64,000 bases of DNA. Origin: a virus. Numbering within the stretch: the first letter of the stretch is position 1; each line of letters starts with the position of its first letter. The translations under genes and the position numbers were made by a program. Positions 1-6,759 of this stretch are shown here, piece by piece. Location of the stretch: the IMG/VR virus record IMGVR_UViG_3300032235_000776, positions 1 to 64,000 of that record; one strand, 5' to 3'. A model generated the notes under the pieces. The model was not told the DNA's origin, ran no database searches, and saw only the letters and a program-made list of their open reading frames with translations.

Positions 1-54
1 GCCATCATTTGAACATGAGGCTAATAAAATTGCTAAGATGATTATATATTTCAT
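1..54 (-). CDS. putative lipoprotein, 5' end only (runs off window)
   Basis: Reverse strand reads MKYIIILAILLASCSNDG: basic N-terminus, hydrophobic stretch, lipobox LASC. Confidence 0.6.
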   Translation of the reverse strand, partial: MKYIIILAILLASCSNDG

Positions 55-76
55 TTTTAAATTTGTTTAATTTTAA

Positions 77-226
77 AACAATAGCAGTAAGGTTCCGAAT
101 ATTATTCCCTTACTCTTATTCCAGTTTAATATGAACGTCACTGGAAACGTCCTGTCCTATACAAACAGATCAACCTCGGCCTATCAATCCATAGTCTTGC
201 GAACTACTTCATCGGTTACTATTGTT
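77..226 (-). ncRNA. candidate structured RNA A
   Basis: Closing helix 77-84/219-226, internal hairpins 87-92/108-113 and 119-125/140-146, GCAA-capped hairpin on minus strand (191-207); no ORF listed. Confidence 0.4.
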
Positions 227-231
227 ATTTT

Positions 232-340
232 ACCACTCTGCATTCAGTTGTAACCATTTAGCCCTGAGTAATGTGGTATAATCATACCCTCAGTCTGCTG
301 AATCCTGTAAGTGGTTCTTCACACCATTACAACTGCCTAC
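232..340 (-). ncRNA. candidate structured RNA B
   Basis: 9-bp helix CAGTTGTAA(245-253)/TTACAACTG(327-335) enclosing CTGAG/CTCAG and GGTAT/ATACC stems; non-coding; strand assumed from flanking genes. Confidence 0.4.
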
Positions 341-525
341 AAAGTAATAATTTATAAATACTCCCAGATAAACTGGTAGCATTCTGTCTTTAGCTCATCC
401 AATGAGCATTTTAACAGTTCATTTTATATGTGTTTTTAGCTATATGATCATCAATTATACATTTATTTTCAGTGGTTTAGAAAGGTTAAAAGAAAGTAAG
501 AGGACTTTATGCCCTCCTACTAGTC

Positions 526-690
526 TCATTTACAGCGTTTTAGCTTACCATCCATCTGCATGATTCCGACAGGAAGCTCATCTTTTGGAATGATAAATTT
601 GTCATTGGAAACCTTGTCAGGTATTCCTGCAACTCTGTAATCTTTCATGGCTTTCACCACGTTAACCTTTGTTTCTACTGATTTAAACAT
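526..690 (-). CDS. hypothetical protein (54 aa)
   Basis: Manual translation MFKSVETKVN...KLKRCK*, below ORF-track cutoff. Confidence 0.55.
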   Translation of the reverse strand: MFKSVETKVNVVKAMKDYRVAGIPDKVSNDKFIIPKDELPVGIMQMDGKLKRCK

Positions 691-844
691 ATTTTGTTGA
701 ACTTTTATTGTGATTCTTTAAACAAAATGAGATACTTTGTTTAACTTTTCTTAAATTAACGGCTTATAGGACGTACCCTATAGATATATAGAATAAAAAA
801 GTTAAACAAAATGTTTGTGCGTGTAATACTTTGTTTGATTTCAA

Positions 845-878
845 TAAAAAAAGAAAGAGGGTTGCCCCTCTTTTCTTG
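845..878 (-). terminator. intrinsic terminator of ORF 879-1193
   Basis: Hairpin AAAGAGG(G)...CCTCTTT with A-tract on + strand (U-tract on minus), directly after the stop. Confidence 0.75.
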
Positions 879-1193
879 TTAGTCCATATCAACATCTGAC
901 TCAAAGCCAAAGTTAATCATGTAACGGTCGGATTTTTCTGAATAAGAAACTGAAAATTCAGTCTCCAAGTCTAAAGGCTCACCATACATTAAAAACGCTG
1001 GGTAAATTCCAGTTTTTTTGCAGTGGGCATTTAACGAATTGTCTAAAGGCTTTGCACCTATGTAATAGGTTGCAACCTTATTGCCTTCGCTATCTTCATA
1101 GTCTTTAGCCCTTTTAATTTCCTTGCACTTAAACATTGAATTGTCAACGATTTTAAAAGTGCCTTTTTTTGCTGAGATAAATTGAATTGCCAT
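879..1193 (-). CDS. hypothetical protein with acidic tail (possibly SSB-like)
   Basis: 104 aa, beta-rich, ends FESDVDMD, followed by terminator; SSB call is a guess. Confidence 0.6.
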   Translation of the reverse strand: MAIQFISAKKGTFKIVDNSMFKCKEIKRAKDYEDSEGNKVATYYIGAKPLDNSLNAHCKKTGIYPAFLMYGEPLDLETEFSVSYSEKSDRYMINFGFESDVDMD

Positions 1194-1376
1194 AATTTAT
1201 ATATATTTATTTTTAGGTTAAATTTCAAAATAGGGGTATATACACACACTAATATTAAGGTGGGTTTCATAAAGGAGGGACCCCCAAACTCGCAACAAAC
1301 ACAAAACTTGCTTTTACCCGGGGGCCACTTTTCAAAAAAATTTTAGGCCGGGGTTGTTTATATGAGGACTAATACT

Positions 1377-1384
1377 TAACTTTG
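1377..1384 (+). promoter_or_regulatory. Bacteroidetes -7 promoter element TAACTTTG
   Basis: TAnnTTTG 4 nt before ATG 1389 (leaderless mRNA). Confidence 0.6.
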
Positions 1385-1388
1385 CCTT

Positions 1389-1586
1389 ATGGAACATCTT
1401 GTAATTAGATTACTCACTAAGGATTGGAATAAGTTTAGATCTCTTCAAGAAGAGAAGGATTCAGAGATCTATTCGGATAATATTAGTCCCTATCTTAATG
1501 TTCATTACATACATGGTAATGGAACAAATGATCTAATGGATGAGGATGCTTTCCAAAAACTTCAAAACAAGTTGTTTAACTTTTAA
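1389..1586 (+). CDS. hypothetical protein
   Basis: ORF directly after promoter. Confidence 0.65.
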   Translation: MEHLVIRLLTKDWNKFRSLQEEKDSEIYSDNISPYLNVHYIHGNGTNDLMDEDAFQKLQNKLFNF

Positions 1587-1589
1587 ATT

Positions 1590-1817
1590 ATGCCTATCTT
1601 TATAGAGACACATGGTAGTAGATATGAAGTAGTTGCTTGCCTGGATGATAATGAATATTTAGTTCGGGATGTTGATAAGCAAGGAAGACATATACTTACC
1701 AATACTGGGAGGATTATTCATTATACTTTCCATCCAGTAGATAGGATAAGAAATTGGTTATGGGATACAAATATTTGGAGACATGCTTTTAGAAGGAATC
1801 GACTACTACATAGATGA
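1590..1817 (+). CDS. hypothetical protein
   Basis: Tightly packed ORF. Confidence 0.6.
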   Translation: MPIFIETHGSRYEVVACLDDNEYLVRDVDKQGRHILTNTGRIIHYTFHPVDRIRNWLWDTNIWRHAFRRNRLLHR

Positions 1818-1908
1818 TAAAGGTAGATTTGTATTTACCGAAGAATACCATAGGAGAAGAGGATATTGCTGTAAAAATAAATGTAAACATTGCCCATATG
1901 AAAAGTAA
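1783..1908 (+). CDS. DUF5522-like small Cys-rich protein (41 aa)
   Basis: Manual translation MLLEGIDYYIDDKGRFVFTEEYHRRRGYCCKNKCKHCPYEK matches the DYY..G..VFT..YH..RG.CC...C.HCPY pattern. Confidence 0.75.
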   Translation: MLLEGIDYYIDDKGRFVFTEEYHRRRGYCCKNKCKHCPYEK

Positions 1909-1998
1909 AGTAACAAACAAATGTGGAGGAAAATCATCAGGCTGTTGCGCTGATATTATTCTACCCCACGGTACTACACCGATTAGAGTGTCTGACAA

Positions 1999-2217
1999 AT
2001 GAGAAAGGGGAGTAAATCCCCTTTTCCTTTTGGGCCCGGGGATAGAGTTGTAGACTATGATGGAAAGATATTTGTAGTACAATTAGTCTCCGTAAATAAA
2101 ATAGATTTTATGTTATTTGACCCCTATGAAGGTACCTTCAGGCATGTCCCAATGTCAGATTATAGACCCTATACAAAATCAATAATAAAATGCATAATAA
2201 ACTTCCTAAAGAATTAG
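1999..2217 (+). CDS. hypothetical protein (SH3/KOW-like F.PGDRV start)
   Basis: ORF track; ends in TAG. Confidence 0.6.
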   Translation: MRKGSKSPFPFGPGDRVVDYDGKIFVVQLVSVNKIDFMLFDPYEGTFRHVPMSDYRPYTKSIIKCIINFLKN

Positions 2218-2348
2218 AACAAGAAATAATTAAAGAGTTGCGTACCTACTTTAGTAGTGATTTATTCAATGCTACGTGGGAAATGTATTTTCCAAAAAAA
2301 TTAACAATTATTCAGAGAATAGTTGCATTTGTCAAAAATAGCGAGTAA
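2190..2348 (+). CDS. hypothetical protein (52 aa)
   Basis: Manual translation MHNKLPKELEQEII...RIVAFVKNSE*. Confidence 0.5.
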   Translation: MHNKLPKELEQEIIKELRTYFSSDLFNATWEMYFPKKLTIIQRIVAFVKNSE

Positions 2349-2361
2349 CTTTGCCTCAGCT

Positions 2362-2517
2362 ATGAATGACTGGTACGATATACACCAAGCCCATGAGTGG
2401 ATTAGAGTAAGGAAAGAAATAGAAGAGTTATTAATATGGGGTCCTAAAGCAATCATGGATAATAGAACTCCCACTAAAAAAATTAAAGACTTCCTTAAAA
2501 ATTCTTTAGAGAAATAA
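2362..2517 (+). CDS. hypothetical protein
   Basis: ATG 2362 follows TAACTTTG at 2346-2353; in frame with listed ORF 2323-2517. Confidence 0.55.
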   Translation: MNDWYDIHQAHEWIRVRKEIEELLIWGPKAIMDNRTPTKKIKDFLKNSLEK

Positions 2518-2556
2518 AAGTTTTTTATTTGGAAATAATACCCTATCATTATTTAT

Positions 2557-3240
2557 ATGGGTACCAAAAGAAAAACATATGAGGATTCTTTCACTCTCAA
2601 TATAAAGAAAGAACCTACCAAGATCCAGAAACAAGTTGGTAACTTTCTAAGATCCAATCAACTATCAATACTAACAGGAGACCCAGGAACAGCTAAGACA
2701 TTTCTCTCTATTTACTACGGGTTAAATCTACTTAAGGATGGAGCTATAACAGAGATCATTCTTTCCAAACCAATACAGGAAGTAGGTAAATCAATGGGAT
2801 TTCTTCCGGGTACAGAAGAAGAAAAGATTTCAGCTTACATGGACTCATATACTGCTACCTTTGATAAACTCCTTGGAGTGGGTGGATATCAGTATCTAGT
2901 AAAATCCAAGAGAGTTAGATTTGAACCGGTTAACTTTGTAAGAGGAACTACCTTTGAGAATGCATTGGTTATCCTGGATGAAGCACAGGGTTTAACACTC
3001 CATGAATTAATTACATTTGCTACAAGACTATCTGATTCTGCTAAGATGATCATCCTTGGAGATGTATATCAGGCTGATATAAAAAACTCCGGTTTACCCA
3101 CATTCAAGAAGATTACTCAGGATATCCAAGGAATAGGTCAAATGGAACTTGGTGATGAATTCCAAATGAGATCAGGATTAGTATTGGAGATGTACAGAAA
3201 CTATAAAAAACACTTACATGAAACAGGCATATTACTTTGA
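2557..3240 (+). CDS. phoH: PhoH-family ATPase
   Basis: Walker A GDPGTAKT, MGFLPG, RGTTF, ILDEAQ, GDVYQAD motifs. Confidence 0.95.
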   Translation: MGTKRKTYEDSFTLNIKKEPTKIQKQVGNFLRSNQLSILTGDPGTAKTFLSIYYGLNLLKDGAITEIILSKPIQEVGKSMGFLPGTEEEKISAYMDSYTATFDKLLGVGGYQYLVKSKRVRFEPVNFVRGTTFENALVILDEAQGLTLHELITFATRLSDSAKMIILGDVYQADIKNSGLPTFKKITQDIQGIGQMELGDEFQMRSGLVLEMYRNYKKHLHETGILL

Positions 3241-3730
3241 TGCAGAATTTATTGAGGAGGAAATACATAAGGTAATTGCCTTCTTCAATAGTTTACAAGA
3301 AGGGGATGAGGTAGATTTCTACCTTCATTCTCCAGGAGGATATAATCACGTAATGGAAACAATAAAAAGAATCCTTGAGACTTCTAAGTTTCCCATTACT
3401 CTAATTGCTGCAGGTGAAGTACAATCGGCTGCATTTCTATTGTTTTACTTTTCTAAGTTAAATAAGACTATGCTTCCAAATACTGTGGCCATGCTTCATA
3501 CAATGACTAAAGAGTATGAGGATAGGGACATTCGTCAAAATAGTGATTACTACAAGAAGTCAAAGAAACAATTGGATTCTATGAATGATAGCATAATTAC
3601 TATCCTTGAGACATATAGTGTTTTATCCACTAAGGAAATGCAGGACTACATCAATGGAGAGGATATCTTAGTACTCTCTGATGACCTAGATGCTATCATG
3701 CAAAACTGTCCCTATGGAAATTATTTTTAA
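3218..3730 (+). CDS. ClpP-like serine protease
   Basis: YLHSPGG, VQSAA (catalytic Ser), AMLH (catalytic His). Confidence 0.8.
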   Translation: MKQAYYFDAEFIEEEIHKVIAFFNSLQEGDEVDFYLHSPGGYNHVMETIKRILETSKFPITLIAAGEVQSAAFLLFYFSKLNKTMLPNTVAMLHTMTKEYEDRDIRQNSDYYKKSKKQLDSMNDSIITILETYSVLSTKEMQDYINGEDILVLSDDLDAIMQNCPYGNYF

Positions 3731-3736
3731 AAAAAT

Positions 3737-3767
3737 TTTGGAAATCTAAAATAAAGTGTTATCTTTG
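3737..3767 (+). promoter_or_regulatory. promoter of tRNA operon 1
   Basis: TTTG(3737-40)-N19-TATCTTTG(3760-67), Bacteroidetes primary-sigma consensus. Confidence 0.85.
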
Positions 3768-3775
3768 TATTGTAA

Positions 3776-3850
3776 ATGACAATGAATTTCAATATAGCAA
3801 TTAATAAGGTGTGGGGTGATAGACTCATATCTAGGGGCTATATTATGTAA
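3776..3850 (+). CDS. attenuator leader peptide 1 (MTMNFNIAINKVWGDRLISRGYIM)
   Basis: Near-leaderless ORF; codons 6-16 match array-1 tRNAs; overlaps antiterminator 3829-3839. Confidence 0.85.
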   Translation: MTMNFNIAINKVWGDRLISRGYIM

Positions 3851-3868
3851 TTTACAAGATATTACAAG

Positions 3869-3899
3869 AAGCCTCTAGATAAACTCTAGGGGCTTTTTT
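3869..3899 (+). terminator. attenuator terminator 1
   Basis: AAGCCTCTAGA/TCTAGGGGCTT hairpin plus T-tract; 5' arm can instead pair with ATCTAGGGGCT (3829-3839). Confidence 0.9.
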
Positions 3900-3905
3900 G
3901 TTTTG

Positions 3906-3976
3906 GGGGATAGACACAGGCGAAGTACTTTACATTTGCAATGTAATAGTTTAGGTTTCGATTACCTATATCTCCA
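3906..3976 (+). tRNA. tRNA-Ala(UGC), atypical D arm
   Basis: GGGGATA/TATCTCC-A with G3:U70; anticodon arm TTACA-TTTGCAA-TGTAA. Confidence 0.8.
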
Positions 3977-4030
3977 CAAATACTTTTAAATAATTATTGT
4001 ATTTAAAAGCAAATTTTGTATATTTGTAAT

Positions 4031-4480
4031 ATGAAAAAATGTACAATATGCAAAATTGAAAAGGATGAAGTTAATTTTAATAAGAATAAAACTAGGAAGG
4101 ATGGTATATCAAATGTATGTAAAATTTGCAGCAGAGAAAAATCTTCTACCTACTACAATTCTAATTTAGAAAAACATAGAGAAGAAGTAACTAAAAGAAA
4201 TAACGTACAAAGAGGTTTATTAAAAGATTTTATCAAATCAACGTTAATTACCTCAAAATGTAAAGATTGTGGAAATAAAGATTGGAGAGTTTTAGAATTC
4301 GATCATCTTCCAAATTTTAAAAAAAGAAATGATATTTCATATATGGTTAAAGGAGGGTATAGTTTAGAAAGTATAAAGGATGAAATATCTAAATGTGAAG
4401 TGGTGTGTAGAAATTGTCATTGTATAAGAACAATAGAAAGAAGTGAAAAAGATTATAGAAAAGACTCTTCCGTAGCTTAG
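4031..4480 (+). CDS. HNH-type (homing) endonuclease inserted in tRNA array
   Basis: CxxC pairs, LEFDH, KCEVVCRNCH; own TATATTTG at 4019-4026; stop lies within tRNA-Lys. Confidence 0.8.
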   Translation: MKKCTICKIEKDEVNFNKNKTRKDGISNVCKICSREKSSTYYNSNLEKHREEVTKRNNVQRGLLKDFIKSTLITSKCKDCGNKDWRVLEFDHLPNFKKRNDISYMVKGGYSLESIKDEISKCEVVCRNCHCIRTIERSEKDYRKDSSVA

Positions 4481-4539
4481 TTGGTTAGAGCATTGCACTT
4501 TTAATGCAGAGGTCGGTGGTTCAATTCCACCCGGGAGAA
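4466..4539 (+). tRNA. tRNA-Lys(UUU)
   Basis: TCTTCCG/CGGGAGA; loop CTTTTAA. Confidence 0.95.
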
Positions 4540-4545
4540 CAAAAA

Positions 4546-4617
4546 CCACCTATCGTCCAATGGATAGGACATGGGATTTCTAATCCTTGAATGAGGGTTC
4601 GAGTCCTTCTAGGTGGT
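4546..4617 (+). tRNA. tRNA-Arg(UCU)
   Basis: CCACCTA/TAGGTGG; loop TTTCTAA. Confidence 0.9.
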
Positions 4618-4623
4618 CAATAC

Positions 4624-4692
4624 ACATCCTAGGCTATGGTAGCCAAATGGTCTCCAAAACCATAGGAAATTGTTCGATTCAATTAGGGTGTG
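4624..4692 (+). tRNA. tRNA-Trp(CCA)
   Basis: ACATCCT/AGGGTGT-G; ATGGT-CTCCAAA-ACCAT. Confidence 0.9.
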
Positions 4693-4698
4693 CAAAAT

Positions 4699-4772
4699 TG
4701 TCAATTAGCTCATTTGGTTAGAGCATCACACTGATAATGTGAAGGTGCTAGGTTCGAGTCCTAGATTGACAA
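4699..4772 (+). tRNA. tRNA-Ile(GAU)
   Basis: TGTCAAT/ATTGACA; TCACA-CTGATAA-TGTGA. Confidence 0.95.
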
Positions 4773-4777
4773 CATAT

Positions 4778-4850
4778 TGTGGGGTAGTGCAGCGGCAGCA
4801 TACAGGGCTCATAACCCTAGTGGTCAGGGGTTCGAGTCCCCTCCCCGCAA
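4778..4850 (+). tRNA. tRNA-Met(CAU), initiator-like
   Basis: TGTGGGG/CCCCGCA; three G-C pairs GGG-CTCATAA-CCC in anticodon stem. Confidence 0.85.
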
Positions 4851-4856
4851 CAATAA

Positions 4857-4928
4857 GCAAGTGTAGTATAACGGTTAGTACTCTAGCCTTCCAAGCCTGA
4901 GATGCTGGTTCGATTCCAGTCACTTGCT
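4857..4928 (+). tRNA. tRNA-Gly(UCC)
   Basis: GCAAGTG/CACTTGC-T; loop CTTCCAA. Confidence 0.92.
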
Positions 4929-5045
4929 CAAATGCTCCAGACGTGGAGAACGTAGACAGAAAAGGCCTCTTAATAATGCACACTTTCATCCTAATCGTAG
5001 GTAGGCACAGTTAGTAGATCTGTGGTAATCTTAAAATCTACACTT

Positions 5046-5117
5046 ACTCAAGTAGCTCAGTGGGAGAGCATCTGTTTTACATGCAGAGGGTCGAAGGTTC
5101 AATCCCTTCCTTGAGTA
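5046..5117 (+). tRNA. tRNA-Val(UAC)
   Basis: ACTCAAG/CTTGAGT-A; loop TTTACAT. Confidence 0.93.
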
Positions 5118-5123
5118 CAAAAT

Positions 5124-5197
5124 GGACCTTTAGCTCAATTGGTTAGAGCAACTGACTCATAATCAGAAGGTAGGGAGATCATAACTCTCAAGGTCCA
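5124..5197 (+). tRNA. tRNA(CAU), probably Ile2 (lysidine); elongator Met not excluded
   Basis: GGACCTT/AAGGTCC-A; GA-CTCATAA-TC; Ile2-like body; atypical T loop ATCATAA. Confidence 0.8.
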
Positions 5198-5203
5198 CAA
5201 AAT

Positions 5204-5286
5204 TGTGAGTTCGCATAGAGGCCTAGTGCAGCAGACTGTTAATCTGCCGAAGTAATTCATCATTGGTTCGAATCCAATACTCACAG
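5204..5286 (+). tRNA. tRNA-Asn(GUU) with long variable region
   Basis: TGTGAGT/ACTCACA-G; GCAGA-CTGTTAA-TCTGC. Confidence 0.9.
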
Positions 5287-5291
5287 CAAAT

Positions 5292-5364
5292 GGTCCATAG
5301 GTCAAATGGTTAAGATTTCCCACTGTCTCTGGGTAAGGAACGGGTTCGAATCCCGTATGGACCG
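5292..5364 (+). tRNA. tRNA-Asp(GUC)
   Basis: GGTCCAT/ATGGACC-G; loop CTGTCTC. Confidence 0.9.
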
Positions 5365-5400
5365 CTTTTATTATTCAAATATATGTAGTACCTTTGTAGT

Positions 5401-5676
5401 ATGAAATTAGGATTGGATGATGTATATATAAAGTCAGAAGATTTAGGATTAACAAGTGATATTATTAATCAGTTACATGTACTTGATATAATATCAAATC
5501 CCGAAGGTGAGTTTCTTTATTATCAAGGAGATAATAAATTTTACTATATGTCTTTTAAAAAAAGTGGATACTTAAAAAATCCAGATGGTCCCTGGCATTC
5601 ATTATCCAGTTATAAAAAAATAGATACTAGAACTCCAATAGAAAAAATCAAGCAATGGTTATCTTCTATCTCCTAA
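5401..5676 (+). CDS. hypothetical protein
   Basis: Leaderless ORF after TACCTTTG (5389-5396). Confidence 0.7.
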   Translation: MKLGLDDVYIKSEDLGLTSDIINQLHVLDIISNPEGEFLYYQGDNKFYYMSFKKSGYLKNPDGPWHSLSSYKKIDTRTPIEKIKQWLSSIS

Positions 5677-5734
5677 ACGTAATCTGGATAGTACACCACT
5701 TCCCGAATGATTCAAAAGTAAATTTAATAGAACT

Positions 5735-5914
5735 ATGGAAAAAGTATTTACATATTTAATAAATATTATAAAGAGAAAGAAAATTAAATATAGCACAGGA
5801 CTATGGCATCAATTACACAAAGGAAATGTTATTATATATAATAGTCATCGTAATATTACTAAAAAAGAAGTAGATGAAGTTATTAGTAATTTATTAAATG
5901 GAAAAAATCTTTAG
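5735..5914 (+). CDS. small hypothetical protein (59 aa)
   Basis: MEKVFTYLINIIKRKK...GKNL*; N-terminus similar to next ORF. Confidence 0.5.
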   Translation: MEKVFTYLINIIKRKKIKYSTGLWHQLHKGNVIIYNSHRNITKKEVDEVISNLLNGKNL

Positions 5915-6056
5915 ATATTTAATTAACACAATAAGAAGAGATAGGCCTTCCGGAGTACTTTGGGATTCTTTTTCTAAATCTCAAAAAGAAAATTTTTCAA
6001 AAAAAATCCTGACCCATAAAGAATATATTGATATAAGAGACGGAATATTTGGATAA
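5898..6056 (+). CDS. small hypothetical protein (52 aa)
   Basis: MEKIFRYLINTIRRDR...DGIFG*. Confidence 0.5.
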   Translation: MEKIFRYLINTIRRDRPSGVLWDSFSKSQKENFSKKILTHKEYIDIRDGIFG

Positions 6057-6079
6057 TTAAAAATAAAGTATTATATTTG
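6048..6079 (+). promoter_or_regulatory. promoter of tRNA operon 2
   Basis: TTTG(6048-51)-N20-TATATTTG(6072-79). Confidence 0.85.
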
Positions 6080-6086
6080 TAGTATA

Positions 6087-6140
6087 ATGATGAAGCAATA
6101 TTCATATAGTTCACTCTATTTACCTGATTATTCGGGCTAG
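6087..6140 (+). CDS. attenuator leader peptide 2 (MMKQYSYSSLYLPDYSG)
   Basis: Codons 5-12 are only Tyr/Ser/Leu, matching array 2; TAG stop. Confidence 0.88.
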   Translation: MMKQYSYSSLYLPDYSG

Positions 6141-6165
6141 GAGAGAACTGTATGTAAAAATATAG

Positions 6166-6195
6166 AAACCCTGGCCTAATAAGTCAGGGTTTTTT
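6166..6195 (+). terminator. attenuator terminator 2
   Basis: ACCCTGGC/GTCAGGGT plus T-tract; can instead pair with leader 6123-6141. Confidence 0.9.
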
Positions 6196-6199
6196 ATTT

Positions 6200-6273
6200 A
6201 CCTCTGTGGGCAAACGGTAAAGTCACTGGTCTTAGAAACCAGAGTTTTGGGAGTTCGAATCTCCCCAGGGGTA
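6200..6273 (+). tRNA. tRNA-Leu(UAG), short variable arm
   Basis: ACCTCTG/CAGGGGT-A; CTGGT-CTTAGAA-ACCAG. Confidence 0.9.
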
Positions 6274-6277
6274 CAAT

Positions 6278-6359
6278 GCATCGGTGGTGAAACTGGTAGA
6301 CGCAAGGGACTTAAAATCCCTCGACATATGTCATGTGGGTTCGATTCCCACCCGGTGCA
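6278..6359 (+). tRNA. tRNA-Leu(UAA)
   Basis: GCATCGG/CCGGTGC-A; AGGGA-CTTAAAA-TCCCT; long variable arm. Confidence 0.95.
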
Positions 6360-6364
6360 CAAAT

Positions 6365-6450
6365 AGTAGGTATGCTAGTGGCCTAGCAGTCAGTCTTGAA
6401 AACTGATATACATGGTGAAAATCATGGGGGATCGATACCTCTACCTACTG
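6365..6450 (+). tRNA. tRNA-Ser(UGA)
   Basis: AGTAGGT/ACCTACT-G; TCAGT-CTTGAAA-ACTGA; long variable arm. Confidence 0.88.
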
Positions 6451-6455
6451 CATAT

Positions 6456-6538
6456 AGAAAGTAAACTGAACTGGGTTTAGGCTCCCCTGCTAAGGGATGC
6501 GTAGAGATATCTATTTGGTTCGATTCCAATTCTTTCTG
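6456..6538 (+). tRNA. tRNA-Ser(GCU)
   Basis: AGAAAG/CTTTCT-G; TCCC-CTGCTAA-GGGA; variable arm. Confidence 0.85.
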
Positions 6539-6544
6539 CTATAA

Positions 6545-6625
6545 CCCAACGATGGTAAGGTGGTGAAATCAGAGCACTGTAAATGCTTCGCTTCGGCTAT
6601 TTAGGTTCGATTCCTAACGGTGGGA
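6545..6625 (+). tRNA. tRNA-Tyr(GUA)
   Basis: CCCAACG/CGGTGGG-A; GAGCA-CTGTAAA-TGCTT. Confidence 0.88.
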
Positions 6626-6644
6626 CAAAAAAATTTAAAAAATA

Positions 6645-6675
6645 TTTGACAAATAAATAAAAAGTCATATATTTG
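6645..6675 (+). promoter_or_regulatory. promoter of suppressor-tRNA/Pth unit
   Basis: TTTG(6645-48)-N19-TATATTTG(6668-75). Confidence 0.85.
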
Positions 6676-6686
6676 TAGTGATATAA

Positions 6687-6759
6687 GGACTAATGCTAGT
6701 GGTTAGCAACTTCTCTCTAAAAGAAGCGTCTAAGGGTTCGATTCCCTTTTAGTCCTCCA
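6687..6759 (+). tRNA. amber suppressor tRNA(CUA)
   Basis: GGACTAA/TTAGTCC-T-CCA; CTTCT-CTCTAAA-AGAAG; T arm AAGGG-TTCGATT-CCCTT. Confidence 0.92.

Noticed and set aside
185-220. Hammerhead ribozyme (CCGATGA plus hairpin on minus strand)
   Set aside because: No GAAA core after the hairpin
1814-2002. Listed 62-aa ORF
   Set aside because: Overlaps the better-supported DUF5522-like frame at 1783-1908
3906-3976. tRNA-Cys (GCA read within the loop)
   Set aside because: Centring the 7-nt loop gives TGC, and G3:U70 marks Ala
6687-6759. tRNA-Pyl
   Set aside because: Compact D arm and CUA anticodon resemble it, but it has U73 rather than G73 and a canonical T loop, no pyl genes are in the window, and tRNA-Trp here has the same compact layout
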